IMG/VR virus record: IMGVR_UViG_3300042261_000868 | Location: 16,665 to 80,664 of that record | Source of the DNA: a virus | DNA length: 64,000 nt | Reading direction: 5' to 3' (one strand) | In this document: piece after piece, positions 1-10,230 of the stretch | Position numbering within the stretch: position 1 is the first letter of the stretch | Layout: the number at the start of each line of letters is the position of its first letter | Position numbers and translations under genes: made by a program | Notes under the pieces: generated by a model | Told to the model about the DNA's origin: nothing | Databases searched by the model: none | What the model saw: only the letters and a program-made list of their open reading frames with translations

Positions 1-12
1 CTCTGGGATATT

Positions 13-381
13 TTGAAAGTTTTGCCAGAGAAGCAACTTGTTATGAAAATTAGAGAAAGTCTAAATAGAAAAGATGATGGTATTGGATATGTCTACGGTG
101 TAATTAGTGTAATATCATATTATGCCGCCAATAAACTTTCCGAGTCTACATTAGCTAAACCAATCTCTAATTTATTAAGGGAGTTATTAACGAAGTCAAG
201 CATTATGCAGATGAATGCAACGTATGAAAATAATGTTTTAAAATTTAAGTTAATTCACCCATTGACAATTAAAGAAGGTTTGATAAAATTAGACGGTGGA
301 CACAATTATTTCCGTGCCAGTTCTAAATCTGGACACAGATCAAGTCCTTCTGGCGGTATTGCTTTTAAATTACCAAATTGA
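13..381 (+). CDS. hypothetical protein, probably the 3' part of a gene truncated by the window edge
   Basis: Open frame from the window start with a TTG start; no recognisable motif. Confidence 0.5.
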   Translation: MKVLPEKQLVMKIRESLNRKDDGIGYVYGVISVISYYAANKLSESTLAKPISNLLRELLTKSSIMQMNATYENNVLKFKLIHPLTIKEGLIKLDGGHNYFRASSKSGHRSSPSGGIAFKLPN

Positions 382-388
382 GGTTAAT

Positions 389-547
389 ATGAAAATTAGA
401 AGATATAGAAATGGTGTTTTGGTTTCGGAAGAGGTTTCTAACACACCCGCACCAACACCCACACCAACAGAGTCACCACAAAAACAAAAGACTCAAATCC
501 CAACTGCACCTAAGAAGGATTGCGGTTGCGGAAAAAAGAAACCGTAA
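389..547 (+). CDS. small Pro/Lys-rich protein with C-terminal CGCGKK motif
   Basis: ATG at 389 preceded by GAGG; 52 aa ending KKDCGCGKKKP. Confidence 0.6.
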   Translation: MKIRRYRNGVLVSEEVSNTPAPTPTPTESPQKQKTQIPTAPKKDCGCGKKKP

Positions 548-682
548 TTTTTGGCAATTGATTTTTCAGACTGAGTTGATAAAATTAACTCAGAAAGAAA
601 TTATTTATAGCAATTGATCCTAGCACTCACTTGTAAAAATTTAATAAAAATTCAATAAATACACTAACCGAATTAGGAGGTA

Positions 683-3052
683 ATGATGTCCATTAAAGTT
701 TTAAGAGAATATACGAGATATGCCAAGTATGCGAAGTACAACAAAGAAGCAAAAAGAAGAGAAACATGGGAAGAACAAGTAAACCGTGTTTTTGGAATGC
801 ACGAAGAAAAATTTAAAGATAAAATTTCTACTTTTAAAGAAGAGTTTGATTTTGCAAAAGAAATGGTAAATAAAAAGCTTATCTTAGGTTCACAAAGAGC
901 TTTACAGTTTGGTGGAATTGCCATTCTTAGTAAAGAAGCCAGAATGTATAACTGCACGGTTAGTTACTGTGACCGCCCTAGATTCTTTCAAGAGGCAATG
1001 TGGTTATTACTTTGTGGTTGTGGTGTTGGGTTCAGTGTGCAAACACATCATATTGCAAAGTTGCCAAAATTAGCTCCATTAACTGGAAAAACAGTTACAT
1101 TTAAAGTACCTGATACCATTGAGGGTTGGAGTGATGCTATTGGTATCTTAATAAACTCCTATTTCGGAAAAGAAGGTATTTTCGAGGACTACAGAAGCAA
1201 GAGAGTGGAGTTTGATTTTTCTGAGATTCGTCCAGCGGGTGCTCCTCTCTCATGGGGTGGTAAAGCCCCAGGTCCAGATGGACTCAAGAGTTCGCTTGAA
1301 AAGATACGTTCAGTTCTAGAAACCGCTTTAAATAATAAACAAGAATATCTAAGACCAATTGATGCCTACGATGTTATTATGCATGCATCTGATGCCGTTC
1401 TTTCTGGTGGTATCCGCCGTAGTGCAACTATTTGTCTTTTCAGTGTTGATGACACCGAAATGATTAATGCTAAAACTGGTGATTGGTTTATTAAGAACCC
1501 ACAGCGCGGTCGCTCAAATAACTCTGCCATTTTAATTAGAAATAAGACATCTAGAGAACAGTTTGGTACTCTTATGAAAAGTGTTAAAGAGTTTGGTGAA
1601 CCAGGGTTCGTATGGGTCGATGATACTGAGGCACTCTATAATCCTTGTGTTGAAATCGGAATGAGAGCCTATGATGAACAAGGTAATACTGGTTGGCAAT
1701 TCTGCAACCTTTGTGAAATTAATATGAAGAAATGTAAGACAGAGAAAGACTTCCTCCTTGCTTGCAAGGGTGCCGCTATCCTTGGAACACTTCAAGCCGC
1801 ATATGATAACTTCCCATATTTGGGAGAAGTAACCAACCGTATCGTTAAGAGAGAAGCCCTTTTGGGTGTCTCAATGACAGGTATGATGGATAGCCCAGAA
1901 ATCGCATTTGATCCAGAGATTCAAAAGAAGGGGGCTAAAGAGGTACTTCGTGTCAATGCTGAGTTTGCACCAAAGGTCGGCATAAATGTTTGTGCTAGAG
2001 CAACTTGTGTCAAACCCGCTGGATCTACTTCGTGCTTACTTGGTACTGCTTCTGGTATCCACCCACATCATGCTCGTCGCTACTTCCGTAGAGTCCAATC
2101 AAATGTTATGGAATATCCTTTGCAATACTTTGAAGCTCACAATCCTCGTGCCGTTGAAAAGTCAGTCTGGTCTAATACTGGTACTGACAAGGTTATTACC
2201 TTCCTTTGCGAAGTTCCAGAAGGGGCTAGAACGAAGAATCAACTTGTGGCTACCGAGTTACTTGAACATGTTAAGTTAACCCAGCAAAATTGGGTTGAGT
2301 ATGGTACTCGTAAAGATGTTTGTGTTGCTCCTTGGTTAAGACACAATGTGTCAAATACCATTACAGTATTACCCGAGGAATGGGATGGGGTAGAAAATTT
2401 TATCTATGACAACCGTAAATGGTTTGCTGGTATCTCATTGCTCCCTGCTTCTGGTGACTTAGATTATCCTCAAGCTCCTTTCTGCAAGGTTCTTGATTAC
2501 AAGGAAATCGTAGCAGAGTATGGAGAAGGTGCTTTGTTTGCTTCTGGTTTGATTGTAGATGGTCAACGTGCTTTCAATGATAACTTATGGGCTGCTTGTG
2601 ATTGTGCCTTGGGAATAGGCGAAAAACTCGAACTACCGCCTAAGCCAGAGGAACCAGCAATGCCAGTTAAGAATGGATATACCGATAAAGTATTCGCTGA
2701 GAAACTTAAAGTTTATACCGAAGCATTGAACAAGTACCTTGTTGATAAAGAGAACCACGAAATTATCTCTTTAAAGTTGGATTGGAACAGAAGGTTTACT
2801 CAATTTGCTGATAGGTATGTTGAAGGTAATAAACGTAAATGCAGTCACCTTCTCAAGTATGTATCCCTTTGGAAACAGTGGATTGATTTAAAGAGGGAAT
2901 ATGTAGATGTTGATTGGTCATTGGCTTTAGAAGAAGAACACGAAATTGATGTCTCCACCATTGGCGGGGAGGCATGTGCTGGTGGGAAATGCGACATAGG
3001 CGATCTAGGCAAGAAGATTGAAGAGACTAAACAAGTTAAAAGAGAAGCTTAA
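683..3052 (+). CDS. nrdJ: class II (adenosylcobalamin-dependent) ribonucleotide reductase, monomeric RTPR type
   Basis: Motifs YNC..LLCGCGVGFSV, GGIRRSA, NPCVEI, CNLCEIN, TCVKPAGSTS and C-terminal CAGGKC; AGGAGG RBS; no beta-subunit gene adjacent. Confidence 0.9.
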   Translation: MMSIKVLREYTRYAKYAKYNKEAKRRETWEEQVNRVFGMHEEKFKDKISTFKEEFDFAKEMVNKKLILGSQRALQFGGIAILSKEARMYNCTVSYCDRPRFFQEAMWLLLCGCGVGFSVQTHHIAKLPKLAPLTGKTVTFKVPDTIEGWSDAIGILINSYFGKEGIFEDYRSKRVEFDFSEIRPAGAPLSWGGKAPGPDGLKSSLEKIRSVLETALNNKQEYLRPIDAYDVIMHASDAVLSGGIRRSATICLFSVDDTEMINAKTGDWFIKNPQRGRSNNSAILIRNKTSREQFGTLMKSVKEFGEPGFVWVDDTEALYNPCVEIGMRAYDEQGNTGWQFCNLCEINMKKCKTEKDFLLACKGAAILGTLQAAYDNFPYLGEVTNRIVKREALLGVSMTGMMDSPEIAFDPEIQKKGAKEVLRVNAEFAPKVGINVCARATCVKPAGSTSCLLGTASGIHPHHARRYFRRVQSNVMEYPLQYFEAHNPRAVEKSVWSNTGTDKVITFLCEVPEGARTKNQLVATELLEHVKLTQQNWVEYGTRKDVCVAPWLRHNVSNTITVLPEEWDGVENFIYDNRKWFAGISLLPASGDLDYPQAPFCKVLDYKEIVAEYGEGALFASGLIVDGQRAFNDNLWAACDCALGIGEKLELPPKPEEPAMPVKNGYTDKVFAEKLKVYTEALNKYLVDKENHEIISLKLDWNRRFTQFADRYVEGNKRKCSHLLKYVSLWKQWIDLKREYVDVDWSLALEEEHEIDVSTIGGEACAGGKCDIGDLGKKIEETKQVKREA

Positions 3053-3092
3053 AAAAAATAATTTGTGATAAAATACATAAAAGGAGTTTAAA

Positions 3093-3356
3093 ATGAATAT
3101 TAATGATTTACAAAATGTGATTGCTCTTGCCCGTAAGGGTCTTTCAGTGGTTGCAGCAAATCTCTCATCCCAAGAGGGAGCTTCCGCATTCAATTCCATT
3201 GGAGAAGTTGAAAAATTCGTCAGTGGACTTATTGAGCAACAGAATAAACAAATGGAAGCCCAAAAGCAACTGGAAGCCCAAAAGCAACTGGAAGCCCAAA
3301 AGCAACTTGAAGCTCAGCCTAATGTTGAGGTAATTCAAGTTAATCAACAGCCCTAA
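3093..3356 (+). CDS. hypothetical protein with EAQKQL repeats
   Basis: AAGGAG RBS; 87 aa ORF. Confidence 0.7.
   Translation: MNINDLQNVIALARKGLSVVAANLSSQEGASAFNSIGEVEKFVSGLIEQQNKQMEAQKQLEAQKQLEAQKQLEAQPNVEVIQVNQQP
3255..3317 (+). repeat. 18-bp tandem repeat (GAAGCCCAAAAGCAACTG), about 3.5 copies
   Basis: Directly visible; in frame, encodes (EAQKQL)n. Confidence 0.9.
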
Positions 3357-3363
3357 TGTGATA

Positions 3364-4230
3364 ATGAGTAAGCCAATTTCATCTGAGACATCTATTAGCG
3401 ATTTTTATAAAATAAAGATAACTGATAAATGCTCTGGTAAGTATAGATTAACCGATAAGGAAGCAACGAGGTTTGGCTACAGCCAAACCTTTTTGCAGAA
3501 TTTGAAGGGTGTTATACTTATGCCCAATAGCCCAAATAACGATGCTGCGGTTAATAATATGTTAGTCGGCAAATATGATACCGACTTGGTTTTCACACAT
3601 CCAGGTCAAGGTGGGGCTTTTGGTGATTCGTTTGGATGGATTTCTTTCATTTGTAGACTTTCAGAAGCATCTGGGAAAAGAATAAAAGTAGCTAGGTTAC
3701 ATTCAAAGGCAATTCTTCTAGGTAAAGAGTTATTAAACACAACTGGTGTCTTTGAAGAGGTTAATACCGACAAGGTTTTCCGTTTACCAGGCGGAACCAA
3801 GGGAGGCTATAGAGAGGTTTATTCTACTTTATTCCTACCAGCAAAGACACAATGGGTATTCAATGAAAGCAAAGTTGTTGCTGTTCAGTTTGGTAAAAGA
3901 GGATTAGCAGATAGAAGAATCCAAGATCCTAAAGACGAGGAAAGAATCATCAAGGCACTTGAAGACAAAGGATATACTGTTAAGCAAATTGGTGGTCACT
4001 TATCAAACATTGAATGTATGGAATTGGCTGCCTCTTGTCAGTTTTTCGTGGGTACTTGTAGTGGTATGTCTCATCTTTGTCATTCGGTAGGAACTCCCGT
4101 ACATATGCTAACTAACAACCGAAGTCTTGAGAGAGTTTCTGCTGGTCATGTAAAAAATGTCCGATCCCCATATCCAACCATATTCTGGCAAACCCCAAAG
4201 GATTTTATTGAATATGTCAAATCACTCTAA
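3364..4230 (+). CDS. glycosyltransferase, GT-B fold, GT9 (heptosyltransferase)-like
   Basis: N-terminal GGAFGDS and C-terminal ECMELAASCQFFVGTCSGMSHLCHSVGTP resemble the GT9 motif fvg.DSG..HlA.a.g.p. Confidence 0.65.
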   Translation: MSKPISSETSISDFYKIKITDKCSGKYRLTDKEATRFGYSQTFLQNLKGVILMPNSPNNDAAVNNMLVGKYDTDLVFTHPGQGGAFGDSFGWISFICRLSEASGKRIKVARLHSKAILLGKELLNTTGVFEEVNTDKVFRLPGGTKGGYREVYSTLFLPAKTQWVFNESKVVAVQFGKRGLADRRIQDPKDEERIIKALEDKGYTVKQIGGHLSNIECMELAASCQFFVGTCSGMSHLCHSVGTPVHMLTNNRSLERVSAGHVKNVRSPYPTIFWQTPKDFIEYVKSL

Positions 4231-5059
4231 CACAGACGCAATTAGTTTAGTGGTTTTTTGTGTTGACAAGAAAAATCCCAATGCTCAATATGCATATCTT
4301 AAATCACTTGAAGACAGTATTGATGTTGTTTCACGAAGCCTAAAATCACAAATAGATATTCATCAACTTTTTAAGATACCAAATTTAGTTATATTAACCA
4401 ATTTTGATTTTACATATAAAGGTATAACTGCTATAAACATGCCACATGCGGTTTGTGAAAAAAACTTCTTTGGTAACAAATATACCCTTCCGTTCCAATA
4501 CATCAAAGAAAAAAACATAAATCAAGATATATGGTTACATGATTTTGATTGTTTCCCTCAATCAAATTTTCCATTTCCTCAAATAACAAAAGAACAAATT
4601 GGGGGTGTATTAACCAAACCCAATTACATTAACAGCGGAAGTCTTTTTATTAAAAAAGAAGACTTAGATTTCTTTACTTATTTTAAGCAAATATATGACA
4701 TCACACCTTATCATAAAATGGACGAATATCTCCTAAATGATCTCATATATAGAAAACAAATCATAATTGATAAATACTGCAACAAACACTTAACAGATAT
4801 ATTTAAAAGATTTAATAAGGGAATTTGTAGCTTGAATAGTACCTATAATTATTCAAATTCTATGGCTAAAAGAGTTAGAAAACTCGATTTCACACCTCTA
4901 GCAATACACTTCCATCCAGAGAAACCAGAACAACATCGATGCTTTGAAGGAAAAAATATAATTAAAGAAGAGTTAAACAAAATATTCCTTGAGCATTGTC
5001 CGATTGAATACCGTAATAGGAACTTAGAGCTTTATAATAAATGGAGACATCCGAAATGA
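4214..5059 (+). CDS. putative GT-A fold glycosyltransferase (nucleotide-diphospho-sugar transferase)
   Basis: DxD motif (WLHDFDCF), INSGSLF, DEYLLN, LNSTYNY and IHF, in the order seen in GT8/GT77-like enzymes. Confidence 0.6.
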   Translation: MSNHSNTDAISLVVFCVDKKNPNAQYAYLKSLEDSIDVVSRSLKSQIDIHQLFKIPNLVILTNFDFTYKGITAINMPHAVCEKNFFGNKYTLPFQYIKEKNINQDIWLHDFDCFPQSNFPFPQITKEQIGGVLTKPNYINSGSLFIKKEDLDFFTYFKQIYDITPYHKMDEYLLNDLIYRKQIIIDKYCNKHLTDIFKRFNKGICSLNSTYNYSNSMAKRVRKLDFTPLAIHFHPEKPEQHRCFEGKNIIKEELNKIFLEHCPIEYRNRNLELYNKWRHPK

Positions 5060-5805
5060 TTAAAAGAAAACCACCAACCCAAGTACCAGAATCATCAGAA
5101 CCAATGGATTATGGTTTCCTTAAGAACACCGAATTAACTGATTTCTTTAAGCAGAATCTACATAAAATTACATCAACCAAATATCTTGAAGATATTATTA
5201 AATTTAAAGTAGGGTTTGACCTTAGTAGAAAAGTAGTTAAGTTTTCCCCCGAATTGAAAACGGGTGGATTATGTGCTAACCAAGTTCCAAACGAGATTGC
5301 TGGCTTTCTTTTCCATATCCTCACTAACCACTACAGGATTGATCGTTATATGGAAGTTGGAGTCAACATGGGCGGAACCTTTTATTTAATTGATTCCTTC
5401 CTAAGAGCAATAAACCCAAACTATGCTGGTGCGGTTGCTGTTGATAAAAAGAATGTTCTATTGGATTCTGATAATTACTTTAAAAAATATCCAACCACCA
5501 AGATACTTATTGGTGATTCAAAAAGAATGATTATCCCAGAAAAATTTGACTTGATTTTTATAGATGGCGACCACACCTATCTTGGTGCTAAGGCTGACTA
5601 TTTAAATTTCAAATCTTGTTCAGATTTTATGGCATTTCACGATGTTGAAATACTCCATAGATCAACTAATGTTAAGAAGTTATGGGAAGAGATTAAGAAA
5701 GAGTATCCTAACAATACCATGGAGTTCTTTAATAAATCCTCCGAATTTCAAACAACTTTAGGCATAGGAGTCTTAATAAAGACCAAACCTAAAGTAATGG
5801 CTTGA
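5041..5805 (+). CDS. class I SAM-dependent methyltransferase (Methyltransf_24-like)
   Basis: YMEVGVNMGGT, FDLIFIDGDHTY..A..D and FHDV motifs. Confidence 0.8.
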   Translation: METSEMIKRKPPTQVPESSEPMDYGFLKNTELTDFFKQNLHKITSTKYLEDIIKFKVGFDLSRKVVKFSPELKTGGLCANQVPNEIAGFLFHILTNHYRIDRYMEVGVNMGGTFYLIDSFLRAINPNYAGAVAVDKKNVLLDSDNYFKKYPTTKILIGDSKRMIIPEKFDLIFIDGDHTYLGAKADYLNFKSCSDFMAFHDVEILHRSTNVKKLWEEIKKEYPNNTMEFFNKSSEFQTTLGIGVLIKTKPKVMA

Positions 5806-6428
5806 CATTTAAGAATAATAAATATAATAGTGCCACACCCATAACAAAAGGGGGATATGTGCGTTGCATGGTTCTAAATCAAGATTACCAACTGTTGAAT
5901 ATTGCCGAGTGGAATAAGGCTCTCAACCTTATTCTTGAAGGCAAGGTCACTGTTCTAGAGAAGTACGACACGAAGATTAACTCAGCAACACAAAGCTGGG
6001 AAATGCCAGCCGTTGTATGCTTGAATTACTTCGTTCATGCTAAAAAGAAGAACAAAGTCTTTAATGCCCCAACAAAGAGGAACATCTTCATCAGAGATGA
6101 ATACACATGTCAATACTGTGGTATCAAAGTTAGCTTGACCACTGGTACACTTGATCACGTTATGCCTCTTTCTCGTGGTGGTCCAAACACGGTTGGCAAC
6201 ATTGTTTGTGCATGTAAGAAGTGTAACAACAACAAGGCTGACATGACTGCTAAGGAGTTTGAGAACTGGCAAGACAAGCACACAGGCGACCATGGCTATC
6301 CTCTCAAGAACCTACCTCGCTCTCTCAATGAGGATGAGAAACTTAAGTGTATCTTGAAGTCTTACAAGAGTAAGGAAAGACTCACTTGGTTGAAATGTTT
6401 GAAGGAGCATGGTATTGAACTATGGTAA
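5802..6428 (+). CDS. HNH endonuclease (McrA/HNH_5-like)
   Basis: VLNQDY..L, RNIFIRDEYTCQYCG, TLDHVMPLSRGG...NIVCACKKCNNNK. Confidence 0.9.
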   Translation: MTFKNNKYNSATPITKGGYVRCMVLNQDYQLLNIAEWNKALNLILEGKVTVLEKYDTKINSATQSWEMPAVVCLNYFVHAKKKNKVFNAPTKRNIFIRDEYTCQYCGIKVSLTTGTLDHVMPLSRGGPNTVGNIVCACKKCNNNKADMTAKEFENWQDKHTGDHGYPLKNLPRSLNEDEKLKCILKSYKSKERLTWLKCLKEHGIELW

Positions 6429-6682
6429 AATATCATAAGGTGAAACTCGTACCCTTGAACGAGAGAGCTACCAAGATAGTTAACTACTATCAAAATAGCC
6501 TTCTCATTCAAGAGTATGATGTTTTAGGAAAACCATTATCTATTGCCCCTAACGGAAAACAAGGCATATATTGTGTCTCTCCAGATTTTTCTTGGAGGGG
6601 TTGGTTTGTTTTGGATGATGATGTTCGATTTAGCCTTGAACAAAACCAACTTGATGATATAATTGCTAAAGTGAAGGGATAA
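6422..6682 (+). CDS. hypothetical protein
   Basis: ORF overlapping the HNH stop; operon-like packing. Confidence 0.6.
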   Translation: MVKYHKVKLVPLNERATKIVNYYQNSLLIQEYDVLGKPLSIAPNGKQGIYCVSPDFSWRGWFVLDDDVRFSLEQNQLDDIIAKVKG

Positions 6683-6683
6683 A

Positions 6684-6935
6684 ATGAATAAAAAATTAAG
6701 AGGTTTTTTACGCCTTAAAAAAGGCATAGTTCAAAACTTACATCCCGATTTAAAAATATTAGATGAAACCAATATTCCATTTGAGGGTTGGTTTCATCTA
6801 GATCAGAAATTTTTCTATATAAATTATGGATACGACAATCTTGAGAAAGGGGTAATAACCCAAACCGTAAAATTTATCGTACAAGTTATAAAAGAATATG
6901 AACAAGATTATAAAGAACTTAAAACAGGAGTTTAA
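6684..6935 (+). CDS. hypothetical protein
   Basis: Tightly packed ORF. Confidence 0.6.
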   Translation: MNKKLRGFLRLKKGIVQNLHPDLKILDETNIPFEGWFHLDQKFFYINYGYDNLEKGVITQTVKFIVQVIKEYEQDYKELKTGV

Positions 6936-6937
6936 CA

Positions 6938-7195
6938 ATGATTCTATATTGTGATGATGAAAAAGAAATTTATATAGGTGTTTGTGGGATTGATACTGAT
7001 GAGTCAAAAATAATCAAAAAAGTATCAAAAATTTTAGGAATTGATTTTGAAAAATCAGCGGTTGTTCCAGATGAAATTGAACCTCATATGATTCTTGATT
7101 TTGAAATGGATACAATTGTGGTTCAATATAATGACTATAATGAGGATTTTGCTGAACTCTCTGAGAAGGGTATTGCAATTTATATTATCCCATGA
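6938..7195 (+). CDS. hypothetical acidic protein
   Basis: AGGAG RBS; tightly packed. Confidence 0.6.
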   Translation: MILYCDDEKEIYIGVCGIDTDESKIIKKVSKILGIDFEKSAVVPDEIEPHMILDFEMDTIVVQYNDYNEDFAELSEKGIAIYIIP

Positions 7196-7986
7196 CTGTT
7201 GTAAAACCAGAGGAAAAGGATAAAGACCTATGGATTAGTCATAGCTCCATGGAGTCTATGGAACAATGTCTTCTAAAATGGTACTTGCGATATATTGAGA
7301 AGAATAAGCCAGTTGTAGATAGTTTTGATGCCCTTCTAGGAGACATAACCCACAAGACCATCCAAGCTTATGAAGGGGTTAACTCAAAGTCGCTTAATGA
7401 AACTTTTAAGAAAGCACTTGCAGAAGCTAACCCCAAATCGGAGTTTTTAGATCAATATAAACCAAGACTCGCCAAGGCACTTAGAAACTTCGCCAAGTTT
7501 TGGAATGACCGCCTTAAGAATGTTGGATTAACCAAAAACGAAAAGGAAAGAAAATTCTTCCTTCCCGCTCCAGTTGAGGGATTCAAAATAATCGGTATTA
7601 TGGATATCTACTTTAAAAGAAACGATATCATTACCCTTTTAGATTGGAAGACCAGTAAGAAAGTTTCGGATCATACCGAACAGCTTGCTTTTTATTTCTT
7701 AATCCTTAAGTTGACCAATGAAATCCCTGAAGATGTAAATACTTTCGATGCTGAAATTGTCTATCTTTCATTAGTAGATGACAAAGATGATTATGTCACT
7801 GTCAAGTACCATCTTGATGAAAAAGACCTTGATGCAGCCTGTTATAGACTTGAATCTTATATTAGGCGAATCCAACAAAAAGGTGTTTTAAAAGAGAATT
7901 ACCCAAAGAAACCTGGACCTCTCTGCCCTTGGTGCGATTACTATAAAGCTGGTATTTGCAACGGAAAAGAAGACTTGCAATCTTGA
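7192..7986 (+). CDS. PD-(D/E)XK nuclease, RecB/Cas4-like with Cys cluster
   Basis: SHSS...QC..KWY, GIMD, DWKTS, QLAFY, CPWCDY...C. Confidence 0.85.
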   Translation: MTVVKPEEKDKDLWISHSSMESMEQCLLKWYLRYIEKNKPVVDSFDALLGDITHKTIQAYEGVNSKSLNETFKKALAEANPKSEFLDQYKPRLAKALRNFAKFWNDRLKNVGLTKNEKERKFFLPAPVEGFKIIGIMDIYFKRNDIITLLDWKTSKKVSDHTEQLAFYFLILKLTNEIPEDVNTFDAEIVYLSLVDDKDDYVTVKYHLDEKDLDAACYRLESYIRRIQQKGVLKENYPKKPGPLCPWCDYYKAGICNGKEDLQS

Positions 7987-8002
7987 ATTTTTGGGTTATA
8001 AT
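7975..8002 (+). promoter_or_regulatory. sigma70-like promoter for ligA
   Basis: TTGCAA-16 nt-TATAAT, 17 nt upstream of the ATG. Confidence 0.55.
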
Positions 8003-8019
8003 TCCGCAAAGGATTCTAT

Positions 8020-9954
8020 ATGTCCCCAGCCATTCAAAGACTTATTAAGCAACTCCAAGATGCCGATAGTGCCTACTATAATGATGGTAGTTCAACCTTA
8101 ACCGATAAGGAATATGATCGCCTCAAGGATCTTTTAAGAAACCTTGATCCCGATAATGCTTATCTTAAAGAAGTTGCTCACGAAAACCTAACTGTAACTG
8201 AATGGGAGAAGGTTAAACACAAGTATCCTCTAGGTAGCTTAAATAAGTGTAACGAGGAAGATGAGCTTCGTAAATGGTTGGGGGACACACTAGTTGTCGG
8301 TCAAGAGAAACTTGATGGTCTTTCCATCGCCTTAACTTATCTTAACGGAAATATCTCAAGTGCTGTAACCCGTGGTGATGGCGAAGTTGGTGATAATATC
8401 CTTCAAAATGTTGTGAAGATGAAAGGTGTCCCGAGGCAAATTAAGTTTCAAAAGCCACTTGTGGTCCGTGCTGAAATTCTTTTAAAGCATTCCGAATGGT
8501 TTAAGATGCCAGTTGAGGATCGTGGTAAGAATCCTAGAAATACTGCTGCTGGTGCTGCTAAGGAACTTAATGGTTCCAAGTGCAAGTATTTGAGTGTGGT
8601 TGCTTATAGCATTCTCAATAGCGAAAGCGATAGTGAAATTGTTGACCTTGAGCTACTAGAGAAACTTGGGTTTGAGGTTGTCCCATATTTCATTCCAGTG
8701 AATATATATGCTTTAGTTACTCAGTATCATGTGTATAATGTAACTTCTCGTAATAAGCTTGATTATGACATTGATGGTCTTGTTATTAAATCAATTGAAA
8801 AGGATTCTTCTGATGATTGGAAGTATCCCAAGTCCCAAATTGCTTGGAAGTTTCCTCACCAGACCACTGAAACCATTTTACGGGATGTTGTTTGGCAAGT
8901 TAGTGGCGACCGTGTAACTCCAGTTGCGGTATTTGATCCCGTTGACTTGGCTGGTGTTACTATCAGTAGAGCAAGCCTCCATAACATGGAATACATCAAG
9001 CGACTTAATGTTCGCATTGGTGATAAGATTGAGATAACTCGCCGTAACGATGTCATTCCTCAAGTTGAGAGAGTCCTTATCTCTAATGGCGGTAATGAAA
9101 TCACCGCTCCAGAGAAATGCCCAATGTGTGGTAAACATGTCGCCTTTGATAAGAACATTAATGAAGATGATATGGCTTGGTTAGTATGCACCAACACTGA
9201 TTGTCCAGCCAAGGTTCTCAAGAATATCATCAAGTGGCTTGAAGTCCACGATACTAAAGGTGTTGCTGAGAAGATGGTTGAGACACTTTTCAATCACAGT
9301 GTTTTCTATTCTCTTCCTGACTTCCTTCAATTGGCAGGAATCGATTCGGTAAAGGAGAAGAATATCCTTTCTATTGAAGGTATGGGCGAGGCGAAACTCC
9401 AGATCCTTCAAGAGCAAATTAAAAAGACAATAAACTGTGACCTTATAAGTTTCTTTGGGGGGCTTAATGTGTCTGGGTTTGGTCGCAGGATGTGGGAGAG
9501 GATTATTAAGTACCTCCAAATTGAGAAAGACACGGTTACTGTAAACGATGTAATTGATTTTATTTCTCTCCCATATATGAAGGGGTTGGGTCATATTGAA
9601 GGTTTTGCTGAGACAAATACCAAGGAGCTTCAAAGCTACATTAAGACTCACACAACCTATATCAATGAAATGATTAATATTGTTAAGCCCCAAGACTATA
9701 GCAAGCCATCCTTGACCTCAGAAAACCTCAAAGGCAAGTCTTTCTGCTTTACGGGGGAGTTAACCGCTATGCCCCGTAAAGAGGCCCAAGATGCCGTTCT
9801 ACGCAATGGTGGAGAGATTAAGTCATCTGTAACCAAGGGTCTTACTTATCTTGTCACCAATGATCCCAACTCTGGCTCAACCAAAAATAAAAAGGCACAA
9901 GCTTTGGGGACCACAATAATTGGCGAAGTTGAGTTTTTAAAGTTAATTAAATAA
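8020..9954 (+). CDS. ligA: NAD-dependent DNA ligase
   Basis: YYN..D.EYD domain Ia, EKLDG adenylation motif, TRGDG, DGLVIK, OB fold, Cys4 zinc finger, HhH region and C-terminal BRCT (FCFTGEL..SVTKGLTYLV). Confidence 0.95.
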   Translation: MSPAIQRLIKQLQDADSAYYNDGSSTLTDKEYDRLKDLLRNLDPDNAYLKEVAHENLTVTEWEKVKHKYPLGSLNKCNEEDELRKWLGDTLVVGQEKLDGLSIALTYLNGNISSAVTRGDGEVGDNILQNVVKMKGVPRQIKFQKPLVVRAEILLKHSEWFKMPVEDRGKNPRNTAAGAAKELNGSKCKYLSVVAYSILNSESDSEIVDLELLEKLGFEVVPYFIPVNIYALVTQYHVYNVTSRNKLDYDIDGLVIKSIEKDSSDDWKYPKSQIAWKFPHQTTETILRDVVWQVSGDRVTPVAVFDPVDLAGVTISRASLHNMEYIKRLNVRIGDKIEITRRNDVIPQVERVLISNGGNEITAPEKCPMCGKHVAFDKNINEDDMAWLVCTNTDCPAKVLKNIIKWLEVHDTKGVAEKMVETLFNHSVFYSLPDFLQLAGIDSVKEKNILSIEGMGEAKLQILQEQIKKTINCDLISFFGGLNVSGFGRRMWERIIKYLQIEKDTVTVNDVIDFISLPYMKGLGHIEGFAETNTKELQSYIKTHTTYINEMINIVKPQDYSKPSLTSENLKGKSFCFTGELTAMPRKEAQDAVLRNGGEIKSSVTKGLTYLVTNDPNSGSTKNKKAQALGTTIIGEVEFLKLIK

Positions 9955-9963
9955 TCTTGGTTA

Positions 9964-9991
9964 TTGAATTGTCAAGAGAATCTTCTATAAT
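9964..9991 (+). promoter_or_regulatory. sigma70-like promoter
   Basis: TTGAAT-16 nt-TATAAT followed by an AAGGAGG RBS. Confidence 0.6.
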
Positions 9992-10016
9992 ACACACATA
10001 GAAAAGGAGGAACAGT

Positions 10017-10208
10017 ATGAAAAATACCCGTTTCGTTGTTTATGGTCGTGACACTGGAGGTATGTACCTTGCACTCCGCAAGACTCGCAAGAGTGTTACC
10101 CAACCAAAGTATACTTGGTGCAAAGATCGCTCTCGTGCCGTTAGGCTTACCGCCGAAGCTGCCCGTAAGGTCGCTGCCCGTTACTATGGTTTAGTTAAGT
10201 CAATCTGA
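10017..10208 (+). CDS. small basic hypothetical protein (monocistronic)
   Basis: Strong AAGGAGG RBS with its own promoter and terminator. Confidence 0.75.
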   Translation: MKNTRFVVYGRDTGGMYLALRKTRKSVTQPKYTWCKDRSRAVRLTAEAARKVAARYYGLVKSI

Positions 10209-10230
10209 TTACTTTCGGAAACTTAAACCA

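Noticed and set aside
2620-2780. Intein or intron in nrdJ
   Set aside because: The Pro-rich/helical insertion lacks intein splice motifs (N-terminal Cys/Ser block, HN end), and the frame is uninterrupted.
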